A DNA stretch of 14,473 bases from Octopus sinensis (GCF_006345805.1 NW_021826441.1:1-14473); one strand, 5' to 3'. Positions 1-10,519 are shown, counted from the first letter of the stretch. Program-made: numbers and translations. Notes: generated from the letters alone by a model not told the origin.

Positions 1-33
1 CCGTTGCCCTAATCACTGGGCCATTGCGCACCG
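1..33 (-). mobile_element. 5' tRNA-like head of a type-A SINE, cut off by the window edge
   Basis: ccgttgccctaatcactgggccattgcgc closely matches 13015-13042 (ccgctgccctaaccactgggccattgcgc), the head of the complete copy. The minus strand carries the A-box-like TGGCCCAGTGA. Confidence 0.75.
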
Positions 34-815
34 CTCAGACCTAACCGGCGCTCAAGGGCAGTCGGAGTGTGTTTACGACTTAGAATAGCTATAGAATATA
101 TCAAGGACATATCGCTAAAATTGATTCCACTCGGGCCTAGCCTACACTGTCGGTATAGCTGAACCACTGTCTTTAAGCAGAGAGTAGAAAATGAAATGCA
201 TGAAGATGTCAGCTAATAAACTTCGTTTTATATCAGTCTATTTCATTTTCCCCAGTTGTGCAATATCTTTCTGCGCTTAAAACAATAAACCACTTCACTA
301 TTCAACTTTTCAAAGTCAAGAAACTGAAATAAACGTTGCAATATCGTTAATTAAAAGACCATATCTCAAGAAAACGATTTAAAAGCGACACGTCAGTTAT
401 GTATCTACTGAAGCTTATTAGGTAAACGTACTAATTTGTGTCTATTTAACCTAGCAATACGTTAATTGAAGCCATTAATATTATATGCTCTGAGTTTTAA
501 GCTGCAGCATAACTTTACACACAACTCTTTAAGCTTAGACTTTTGGGGGCTACTTACGTGGACATATCACTTGAGGGATTTTCTTTTAGCGATTATGTCT
601 GTATATAGTATTTTATACGAGATTTGTGTCGTAGATATCTTTATCTTTCCATTAGATTTAAATCAAAGATAAAATATGAATAATGAAGATGATTGTCATT
701 TTAAATAAGTCTTAAATATATATACATATATATATATTGATTTCCACTGACATTTACTATGTTATTAAATATGAATTTGCTAATACATAACTGTCATACG
801 GAGTAAATAGCACAT

Positions 816-1049
<234 letters not shown>

Positions 1050-1196
1050 TCATGGACGTTAGAATTATGAGATCTTTTACTTTCTTTTCATGGCGTATAA
1101 GTGACCGGGATCATATCGAACCCCTACCTAAACGGAAGGCCAGACCATCTCCGATGTTAATAATTTAAATAAGAGTGAACCGGAAGAGCATAAAAC

Positions 1197-1273
1197 GTAG
1201 TGTATTGCTTAAGAACACAATGCCGCGCTCGTCGAGAACGCGAATTGAAACTATTATCCTGCGTTGCTATAGT
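1197..1273 (-). mobile_element. Old degraded SINE-head remnant related to type A, interrupted by a younger SINE
   Basis: gtgtattgcttaagaacacaatgcc...gaattgaaac...atcct resembles gtgatttagctcaataaacacagacaacgcc...gaatcgaaaccgcgatcct (1508-1565). Similarity is weak and judged by eye. Confidence 0.35.
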
Positions 1274-1282
1274 AGAATATTA

Positions 1283-1610
1283 GATTTATTTATTTAATGA
1301 TGTGCCCTTTTTCAAGCGAAGCAAGGCTCATGGGCCCGGTTTCCTGGTTTCTGTGGCGTATGTGTTCCCCAGCTTGACGGGACGCCAGTCCATCGTAGCG
1401 TTACTCAGGAAACAGAAAAGAGAGAGAGAGAGAGTAAGAGAAAGTTGGGGCGAAAGAGTACAACAGGGGTCACCACCAGCCCCTGCCAAAGCCTCGTGGA
1501 GCCTTAGGTGATTTAGCTCAATAAACACAGACAACGCCCGGTCTGGGAATCGAAACCGCGATCCTCCGACCGCGAATCCGCTACCCTAACCACTGAGCTA
1601 TTGCGCCTCC
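1283..1610 (-). mobile_element. Full-length tRNA-derived SINE, type A, tail variant 1
   Basis: Minus strand begins GGAGGCGCAATAGCTCAGTGG (A box), contains GGTTTCGATTCCC (B box) and ends in a (TAAA)n tail. Flanked by a 9-bp target-site duplication AGAATATTA at 1274-1282 and 1611-1619. Confidence 0.92.
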
Positions 1611-2006
1611 AGAATATTAAATACATTTATTTTACTTCTTTACATTCTAATATATAATTTTCCTGAATATTTTTCATGATTTTTAAAAAAATTCTCAGGC
1701 GTCAGATGACTCCATCTCGCCATAACAAAAACAGTTATATCTCTCACCCGGTTAGATTTGCTCCTCTCCAATATATCATATCAAGAGAACGTAATTTGTT
1801 TGAAGATGATGTTCGCTCGAGGTCAGCTTGGATTCCGGTGATCATTCCACTAAAGCATTGCTTGTTTCTGTCGATGTAATCTATAATATATTAATATCTA
1901 GTCGAAGTTAAAAATGATATGTTCAGTTCTGTCCGTCTAGTAACATTTATGAGACAAAAAAGAAGAATCATGAATTCATTTTATAAAAATGCTGGCAAGA
2001 ATAATA

Positions 2007-2213
2007 TTTTTCTAATTTTGTTACAAGGCCAGCAATTTTGAGAGGAGGAGAAAAGAGGATTATATCGACCCCGGTACATGACTGCTACTTTATTTTATGG
2101 GCTGCTATTGGGTGAACCATAAAGTTGACCTCGGCAGAATCTGAACACCGAATGTAAGGAACTTGAATAATTTGCTGTTAACTATTCTGATCTACGTGCT
2201 GACAGTTCTGCTA
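2007..2213 (-). mobile_element. Diverged type-C SINE copy
   Basis: The reverse complement keeps GCAGAA..GTCAGCACG, TTCTGCCGAGGTCAACTTT, GGGGTCGATATAATC and the tail CAAAATTGCTGGCCTTGTAACAAAATTAGAAA. These blocks are colinear with the copies at 4171 and 10266. Confidence 0.75.
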
Positions 2214-2228
2214 GGATGATGTTTTACA

Positions 2229-2390
2229 AGCGTAGCAGTGGTTGTGAGGTAAGTAGCTTGCTTACCAACTACATGGATCCCGATTCAGTCCCACTGCGTG
2301 ATACCTTGGGCAAGTGTCTTCTACTATAGCCTCGGGCCAACCAACGCCTTGTGAGTGGATTTGGTAGAGGGAAACTGAAAGAAACGCGTC

Positions 2391-2442
<52 letters not shown>

Positions 2443-2670
2443 CTGTGTGTATGTGTGCATATGTTTCTGTGTTTATGTTTGTCCCCCCCACCATCGCTTG
2501 ACAACCGATGCTGGTGTGTATACGTTCCCGTAATTTAGCGCTTCGGCAAATGAGACCGATAGAATAAGTACTAGAATAAGTACTGGGGTCGATTTGCTCG
2601 ACACTAAAAAGGCGGTGCTCCAGCATGGCCGCAGTCAAATGACTGAAACAAGTAAAAGAGAATAAAGAGA
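2229..2670 (+). mobile_element. Type-B tRNA-derived SINE with internal (TA)n(TG)n; resembles an abundant octopus SINE (OK/OR-type family, exact name not assigned)
   Basis: Degenerate A/B boxes (TGGTTGTGAGG, GATTCAGTCCC), then ACCTTGGGCAAGTG, an internal microsatellite at 2392-2442, and a 3' GGCGGTGCTCCAGCATGGCCGCAGTC followed by a TAAAAGAG-like repeated tail. Related fragments occur at 5897, 7462 and 10144. Confidence 0.88.
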
Positions 2671-4170
2671 TATTAAACTTAACCAAACGTCCAAGAGAAT
2701 ATAGCGTATTGCGATTGCATTACGAAGAGAAATTCAGACGAGATGGAAATGTTATTTAATGCACGTTTCGAGATACACAACTGTATAACGAAGCTATATC
2801 ATCACATATGGGTTTAAATAAAACTTTAAAAATAGATAACACACACATACAGATGACCTTATGGATACGTTCATACACAAATAGTATATATATACATGTG
2901 TTCATATATAGACAGATAATACCGACACGTAAATGTGTGTAAATATACACAAACATTTCACATATAACATCGTCGAGTCAGCAGAGAAGGAAATGATGCA
3001 GTAAGTGAAAATGAAAATAGCATCACTAACACATGTAATTTAATAAACAATAGAACTCTGAAAATAGCAATAACAAAGAACGCTGGTGAAATTCGTGTGA
3101 AAGAAATAAATAAACAAAATCGCAATAATCTGAAATTATAAAGGAAAATGTGTGAACAGATTTCACTGTTAACTTCATTGATGACATTAAGAGAACAATG
3201 TCTGAAATAACTGGAAATATTCATGAAAGTTGAACATTTTGTAATTTTATCAATTTAGTAGGAAGAATACGGAAATGCGAAAATGGTGTATTTAATTGTA
3301 TTATTTTCAGCGAAGAAAATAGTACAGTGAAAGAAAGCTAACGTAGCAAAATTTATCAGATAAGATCGTAGTATCTGCATCAGACAGGATGGTTTATAAT
3401 GGTTTCTAAAGACAGAACGCATTGCAATGTCGTCAGAACGACAAAAAAACGAAGATCATATATAACATCAAAGAAAAATATCGAAAAATAGATGAAATGC
3501 AACAAAATGTTCTCTCTATTTATTCTTTAATTAAAAGACATGTTTTTCCTTAATTAATGGTGATTAAAAAATGCCACTAATTAGCGGTCATCTTAAATGA
3601 CTGCAAAATTAAGATTAAATTTGACAGAGACGTAATTGCGTTAAGTGAAAAAAAAAAAATGAAATATGAATTAGACTTATGGAAAATTGATTTCTGAAGT
3701 TAGCAAACTCTTCCACATTAACCAAGCTGTTGAGGTGATATTATAGGAAGCTAACGGCTCTGAGACTAATGTGAAAGAACAGTGTTTTATGATTTCTACG
3801 CAGCTCCAATAAAAAAATTCTGAGCAGCAATTAAAAGCCATGTTGCTTAGCGCCCATGCCTGTACAACCAAAAGATATATAGAACTGTGAAAAGTTCAAA
3901 TGCGCCATATTGACGTGTAATGATTTTCACACCGAGGTGACGCAGAAATTCTCGTGTAAAAATTAACCATAATAAAAAAAATATAGTAACAGTAGTGTAA
4001 TTGACTCATTGCAAAGATAAAACGAAGAATTTTAGATATATGCTCAAAGCAAAATGAATATACGTAATAAAATCGGATGTATTATCGCCTCAAAGCTTGG
4101 GTGAACTTTTATTCAGTCCATCCATAGTTTAATGTCTGAATTCCCAATGATTGATAGAACAACAAGAAAA

Positions 4171-4403
4171 GCGGCGAGCTGGCAGAAACGTTAGCACGCC
4201 GGGCGAAATGCTTATCGATATTTCGTCTGCCGCTACGTTCTGAGTTCAAATTCCGCTGAGGTCGACTTTGCCTTTCATTCTTTCGGGCTCGATAAATTAA
4301 GTACCAGTTACGCACTGGGGTCGATGTAATCGACTTAATCCCTTTGTCTGTCCTTGTTTGTCCATTCTATGTTTACCCCCTTGTGGACAATAAAGAAATA
4401 AGA
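4171..4403 (+). mobile_element. Type-C tRNA-derived SINE, left unit of a tandem dimer
   Basis: Starts GCGGCGAGCTGGCAGAAACGTTAG, has B-box-like GAGTTCAAATTCC and an A-rich tail AATAAAGAAATAAGA. Confidence 0.92.
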
Positions 4404-4412
4404 ATACAAAAA

Positions 4413-4645
4413 GGCGGCGAGCTGGCTGAAACGTTAGCACGCCGGGCGAAATGCTTATCGATATTTCGCCTGCCGCTACGTTCTGAGTTCAAATTCCGCT
4501 GAGGTCGACTTTACCTTTTATCCTTTCGGGCTTGATAAACTAAGTACCAGTTACGCACTGGGGCTGATGTAATCGACTTAATCCCTTTGTCTGTCCTTGT
4601 TTGTCCATTCTATGTTTACCCCCTTGTGGACAATAAAGAAATAAG
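4413..4645 (+). mobile_element. Type-C tRNA-derived SINE, right unit of a tandem dimer
   Basis: About 9 substitutions relative to 4171-4403 by manual count, with a 9-bp spacer between the units. Confidence 0.92.
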
Positions 4646-5127
4646 ATTGAATAACAAGAAGTGCAGATGTATTCTATAATATTTTTTTCTCATAAATCGT
4701 TTTCCTTTACCAGAAAAATATAAAATGCTTTAAATCAGCTTTATTGCAGGAGCAATTGTCTTTTTACACTAAACCATTCGAAATAGTGCAGCATAGCTGC
4801 AGCTCAGTATCTGCAGCATTTAAATGGAAGACAGTTATCACAATAAACATTCATAAAATTTACAAAAATAGTCATTATATGCTTAGGATGGAGATCCGAA
4901 GAAGTCCCATGGCTGTCAAACAAACTTAATAATTTAAGCTTACAGATTGTAGAGATTCCACAAACTTTCAGTGTTTATCGATTTGCAAACACTTGGACCC
5001 TGGTCGAAGTGTATTCCGCAGCACCTTTTACCGTGTACGGTTAAGATGAAGCGTTTCACTGACCAATTCGTTATAGGTCGTATTTATTTACTGTCTGTCT
5101 TACATGTATTTTGAGTGTCACTGAGAG

Positions 5128-5167
<40 letters not shown>

Positions 5168-5178
5168 ATATATATATA
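5128..5178. repeat. (TA)n microsatellite
   Basis: Near-perfect TA run, directly visible. Confidence 0.95.
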
Positions 5179-5247
5179 CTTTATTAAAAAGCAGCAAAAA
5201 TATCACAATAACTAGTTACTCAGAATTTCACGTTCCCGTTCGTTGAA
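5179..5247 (-). mobile_element. Short insert with a degenerate minimal hammerhead-like motif and AATAAA; probable Penelope-like pseudo-LTR fragment
   Basis: Minus strand reads TCAACGA-ACG(GGAA)CGT-GAAA-TTCTGAG-TA, then AATAAA at 5185-5180. It is embedded between TA runs. The CUGANGA box is not intact. Confidence 0.45.
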
Positions 5248-5290
5248 AAATATATATAATTCTGTGTGTGTATATATATATAATATATAT

Positions 5291-5538
5291 ATCACTTTTG
5301 ATCACTTTGAGCGACCAGTCCGTCAGGCGTCCATTTGACACCGGTGGTCATAGCACGCTGTCTACTCTTCTCTGGATCGCGCCTTTCTCATCCACGTGAT
5401 CCCAATCGTCCTCTTGAAATCGTCACTCCACCGTCGTGGAGGTCTTCCGGGTGGTCTTTTCCGCTCACGCGACTACCACTCGTCAACTGCGTGCGTCCAC
5501 CGATTATCGGTGAGCCGGGCGACGTGTCCAGCCCATCT
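5291..5538 (-). mobile_element. 5'-truncated 3' end of an RTE-clade LINE (pseudogenised ORF C-terminus plus short 3' UTR)
   Basis: Minus translation [69 protein letters not shown], with the terminal stop at 5323-5325. WxGHVxR...RxxGRPxxRW is the typical RTE C-terminus. The 3' end is a short tandem repeat (TCAAAGTGA/TCAAAAGTGA) and both flanks are (TA)n. Confidence 0.88.
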
Positions 5539-5541
5539 ATA

Positions 5542-5544
<3 letters not shown>

Positions 5545-5587
<43 letters not shown>

Positions 5588-7117
5588 TATATATACATAT
5601 ATATATTATCATGTATATATGTGAAGATATATATATATATATATATATGCATGGGTATGTGTGTTTGTTCGTATGTGATTTCATATGAAGTTTGTGTAAA
5701 TCGCATGTGTACAATTACGTCCAAAATTAATCTACAAATTCCTTCAATAAGTATCAATGAAATAAATTCCAAGTCTTTTCTACATACTGCTTACAATATT
5801 ATATTTCGATCACATATAGCCTAGTGTGCTTGATACATGGTAGTTTCTTCGCACATAACTGTGAGTTCGTGTATTCCACTTTGTAACGCTTTGATTTCGG
5901 TTCGGTTCTGCTGCGAGGTACCTTGGTGAATGGCTTATCTACTAGATTTTATTGTCAAGCAAAGCTGTGAGAAAGAAATTTAGTATATGAATAGATTAAT
6001 ATACAGTTTGTGAGTTAGCCGAAATTAGGTAACAAAAGGGTGATGTATCCTTTTGTCTGTTGCTTTCAGCGGTTTGATTTCTGTAACGTGATTCCAGTGA
6101 GGTTTGCTTTTATCACAATGTAACATTGTTCCTTTTATTTCCAACCATTTCGAATGTCCTGAAGAAACGCAGAAACACTAGTCTGCACCCCTATGTCTTA
6201 TACCAGAACTGTTAGTATACTTAAGAATGTCTAGCGAATCATTCATGCTAAAGTAATACCATAAAGAAAATAGGTCGTATCATCTAATCGCATATGTGAC
6301 GTCAAGGTAATTACATATATACTATGCATAATCTTATTGGCATCGCATATACTGGGTCGTGGAACATTCTGTAAAACTCTGGCATTTTTTTAAACGATTT
6401 GAATTTTTTTCAGAAACTGAGGCAAATACACACACACACACAGACACACACACGCAAACGCACAGATACACAAACATAACAAAAAATATACCTAAAAAAA
6501 AACTTATAAAACACGATTAATATTGAGAAGGAAAAGAAAACCGAAATGGAATATTCTATAGTTTAAAACTTATAATTTTTAACAAATAATAAAACCCAAG
6601 AAAATATAAGAAATACAAAAAAAAGTACCCAAATAAAATTAGTTCTTTGTATACTTTTTTAATTAACAAAAACTTATCAGAACCAAATCATTAGAACGAA
6701 CTTTAAGAAAAGAAAAGCTTTTCTTTAGTTTGATAATTATAATCTTAATTAAAAAGACGAAAGACGAGGGAAAAGAAGAAAAAATGCGACCAAAAATGTC
6801 TGCCGGCAATTAGCTTATTAGGCAATGAAGCGATTACTACACAAACACGAGTAACCAAGCGCCGCCACCATTAACGACTGTAACTGCGTGTTATAGCTAC
6901 AACCCCACAACCACCTACACACTGGCATATACACTCATACGTAGATACATACATACATACATAAATATACATTTGTGTGTTGTGTGAGTATATACACAAA
7001 TTAATACATAAGAACACACACTTAGATACATATCTAAGATATATATATATATACAAATATATATATTTTATAGTATACATATATACATATGAGACATACA
7101 TTACAGATATAAGCATG

Positions 7118-7120
<3 letters not shown>
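5545..7120. repeat. Tandem duplication unit 1 (~1565 bp)
   Basis: Colinear with 7121-8715 at an offset of 1564-1566 (for example GCAT at 5585/7150 and GCATGAAT ending at 7120/8684). Boundaries fall inside (TA)n and are approximate. Confidence 0.97.
5897..5991 (+). mobile_element. Highly degraded type-B SINE fragment (in unit 1)
   Basis: ggttcggttctgctgcgaggtaccttgg...tctacta...caaagctgtgag...atttagta parallels 2282-2372. Confidence 0.55.
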
Positions 7121-7149
<29 letters not shown>

Positions 7150-8679
7150 GCATATATATACATATATATATTATCATGTATATATGTGAAGATATATATA
7201 TATATAATATATATGCATGGGTATGTGTGTTTGTTCGTATGTGATTCATATGAAGTTTGTGTAAATCGCATGTGTACAATTACGTCCAAAATTAATCTAC
7301 AAATTCCTTCAATAAGTATCAATGAAATAAATTCCAAGTCTTTTCTACATACTGCTTACAATATTATATTTCGATCACATATAGCCTAGTGTGCTTGATA
7401 CATGGTAGTTTCTTCGCACATAACTGTGAGTTCGTGTATTCCACTTTGTAACGCTTTGATTTCGGTTCGGTTCTGCTGCGAGGTACCTTGGTGAATGGCT
7501 TATCTACTAGATTTTATTGTCAAGCAAAGCTGTGAGAAAGAAAATTTAGTATATGAATAGATTAATATACAGTTTGTGAGTTAGCCGAAATTAGGTAACA
7601 AAAGGGTGATGTATCCTTTTGTCTGTTGCTTTCAGCGGTGTGATTTCTGTAACGTGATTCCAGTGAGGTTTGCTTTTATCACAATGTAACATTGTTCCTT
7701 TTATTTCCAACCATTTCGAATGTCCTGAAGAAACGCAGAAACACTAGTCTGCACCCCTATGTCTTATACCAGAACTGTTAGTATACTTAAGAATGTCTAG
7801 CGAATCATTCATGCTAAAGTAATACCATAAAGAAAATAGGTCGTATCATCTAATCGCATATGTGACGTCAAGGTAATTACATATATACTATGCATAAATC
7901 TTATTGGCATCGCATATACTGGGTCGTGGAACATTCTGTAAAACTCTGGCATTTTTTTAAACGATTTGAATTTTTTTCAGGAAACTGAGGCAAATACACA
8001 CACACACACAGACACACACACGCAAACGCACAGATACACAAACATAACAAAAAATATACCTAAAAAAAAACTTATAAAACACGATTAATATTGAGAAGGA
8101 AAAGAAAACCGAAATGGAATATTCTATAGTTTAAAACTTATAATTTTTAACAATAATAAAACCCAAGAAAATTAAGAAATACAAAAAAAAGTACCCAAAT
8201 AAAATTAGTTCTTGTATACTTTTTAATTAACAAAAACTTATCAGAACCAAATCATTAGAACGAACTTTAAGAAAAGAAAAGCTTTTCTTTAGTTTGATAA
8301 TTATAATCTTAATTAAAAAGACGAAAGACGAGGGAAAAGAAGAAAAAATGCGACCAAAAATGTCTGCCGGCAATTAGCTTATTAGGCAATGAAGCGATTA
8401 CTACACAAACACGAGTAACCAAGCGCCGCCACCATTAACGACTGTAACTGCGTGTTATAGCTACAACCCCACAACCACCTACACACTGGCATATACACTC
8501 ATACGTAGATACATACATACATACATAAATATACATTTGTGTGTTGTGTGAGTATATACACAAATTAATACATAAGAACACACACTTAGATACATATCTA
8601 AGATATATATATATATACAAATATATATATTTTATAGTATACATATATACATATGAGACATACATTACAGATATAAGCA

Positions 8680-8715
<36 letters not shown>
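7121..8715. repeat. Tandem duplication unit 2
   Basis: Near-identical to unit 1, and ends in (TA)n at 8683-8715. Confidence 0.97.
7462..7557 (+). mobile_element. Highly degraded type-B SINE fragment (in unit 2)
   Basis: Duplicate of 5897-5991. Confidence 0.55.
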
Positions 8716-8717
<2 letters not shown>

Positions 8718-9242
8718 AACACATATATATGGTGCGTGTGTTTGTGTGTAAGTACTTAAATAAGTACAAATGTACCTATCGATCTACGTATATATCTACC
8801 TACCTATTCACACGCGTATATAGAAACGCTAGTTGAAAAATACACACTTCACTGTAGGTGTATATATGTACGCATATCTCTCGGTGAGTTCGTTTATATA
8901 TGTATGTATATGTGTGCGTTTGTACACACACACACACACACACAATATATATATATGCATGCATATGTATATAGATATACACATGTGTCATTTATATTTT
9001 TTTTTTATTTACGCCACAAAAGATTACTTCAAACGTATTTATACTTCCGCTTCATAACACTGTTCACGCAGGCCAGGTTATACTTGCACGAAGCATACAT
9101 ATTAGCACACATTCAACACACACACACACATGTACGCAGACACACATGCACACACTCATACACATACATACAAACACACATATATATATTTAAGTATGTA
9201 TTTATATCTATATATGTATGTATATATATATATATATTATAT

Positions 9243-9284
<42 letters not shown>

Positions 9285-9612
9285 TTTATATGTATTTATA
9301 TATATATACATGCATATATTTGTATACATATATATATATATATAGATACAAATACAAACGCACACGCACACGCCACATGTATATATATATGTACACATTC
9401 ATATATATATACACATATATATATTCACATATATATATACACACACATATATATGTATACATACATACATATATACATACATATATACACATATATAGTT
9501 ACAAATACACACACAGACACATGCACACACACACACACATGTATATACTTGTATTAGCTGCATACATACTTATTGAGATACACACACATAAACAAACACA
9601 CTGACTTACATA
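8716..9612. repeat. Low-complexity purine-pyrimidine alternating region with (TA)n, (CA)n and (TACA)n
   Basis: Interspersed degenerate dinucleotide and tetranucleotide runs. These produce the Y/I/H/T-rich spurious ORFs. Confidence 0.9.
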
Positions 9613-10022
9613 CAGAGAAATATGAATATGATACAAGATCATGAACAAATGAATAAAAATTATCGATAATAATAAAGACAGGAGAAAATGATAATTCAGG
9701 AAAATATTTTTAAAACATAAAACTTGAAAAATAAAGATAGAATCGTATAAAATTTGAAAATAAATTTTAGAAAATGTTAGAAAATAAATCTGTGAAAATC
9801 TAAATAAATAAAACGAAACTCGAGACTTTTAATAATTATAAAAATTACAAAAGAGATTTCAAGTCTTTAATCGCTTTTTTTTTGTTTAATTTTTTAAAAC
9901 AGAAGTTTAAAAAATTAACCAAAACGAAAAAGAACTTCCAAGTTAGAATAAAACTTCATTCGCCAATTTGACTGGATACTGATTTTCTATTGCGATCCAA
10001 GTGGATCATTTTCTGCAAACCA

Positions 10023-10023
<1 letters not shown>

Positions 10024-10066
<43 letters not shown>

Positions 10067-10086
10067 GTAGTAGTAGTAGTAGTAGT
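10024..10086. repeat. (ACT)n-(AGT)n inverted trinucleotide array containing a 42-bp perfect palindrome (10045-10086)
   Basis: The ACT run switches to AGT at CTAG (10064-10067) with no spacer. Confidence 0.95.
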
Positions 10087-10143
10087 TTTAGCATTATTAT
10101 TATTAGTATTATTATTACGAAATCCTTAAATCCTTAAAAATGC

Positions 10144-10180
10144 TTTAGCCCGAAGGTCGCGGCCATGCTGGGACACCACT
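10144..10180 (-). mobile_element. Short 3'-tail fragment of a type-B-like SINE
   Basis: gcggccatgctgggacacc is close to the reverse complement of GGTGCTCCAGCATGGCCGC (2614-2632). Confidence 0.5.
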
Positions 10181-10265
10181 ATTCTATTATAATTATTATT
10201 ATTATCAATATTATTATTATTAATATTATTATTATTATTGCTGTTCTTGTTCTTGTTGTTGTTAA

Positions 10266-10476
10266 GCCGGCGAGCTGGCAGAATTGTTAGCACGCTGGGC
10301 AGGATGCTTAGCGGTATATCGCCCGTCGCTACGTTCCCAGTTCAAATTCCACTGAGGTCTACTTTGAGTTTCATCTTCTCGAGGTCGATAAATTAAGTAC
10401 CGGTGAAACACTGGGGTCAATGGAACTAACACATCTACTCCCAAAACAGCTACCCTCGTGGCAAAATTTTGAAACG
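10266..10476 (+). mobile_element. Type-C SINE with an alternative tail ending in (TTA)n
   Basis: Same head and core as 4171 (GGCGAGCTGGCAGAA, AGTTCAAATTCC, GTCGATAAATTAAGTACC, CACTGGGGTC). The 3' part differs (GTGGCAAAATTTTGAAAC) and runs into (TTA)n. Confidence 0.88.
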
Positions 10477-10519
10477 TTATTATTATTATTATTATTGTTG
10501 TTGTTGTTATTATTATTAA

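Noticed and set aside
1540-1610. Functional tRNA gene (also 12975-13046)
   Set aside because: A and B boxes are present, but the sequence continues into a SINE body flanked by TSDs. I see no clean acceptor stem or oligo-T terminator.
2666-2675. AGAGATATTA at the end of the type-B SINE, matching the TSD of the 12732 SINE
   Set aside because: It has no partner copy at the 5' side of the type-B element. It is partly made of the tail repeat and is plausible by chance in AT-rich DNA.
3678-3812. Plus-frame peptide YGKLISEVSKLFHINQAVEVIL*EANGSE faintly resembling a CIDE-N/ubiquitin-like stretch
   Set aside because: It has an in-frame stop, no convincing splice sites, and similarity too short to distinguish from chance without an HMM search.
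4171-4645. CRISPR-like or satellite array
   Set aside because: There are only two long SINE units, with no repeat-spacer structure, in a eukaryotic context.
5335-5824. Overlapping 99-142 aa ORFs
   Set aside because: They arise from an RTE fragment joined to stop-free (TA)n. Only the RWAGHVAR frame has protein homology, and it is interrupted by stops.
6780-6925. GC-richer island in the duplicated unit as a possible exon or regulatory element
   Set aside because: No recognisable ORF, splice pair or RNA motif. Conservation or expression data would be needed.
6871-9604. Y/I/H/T/C-rich ORFs
   Set aside because: These are dinucleotide-repeat read-throughs.
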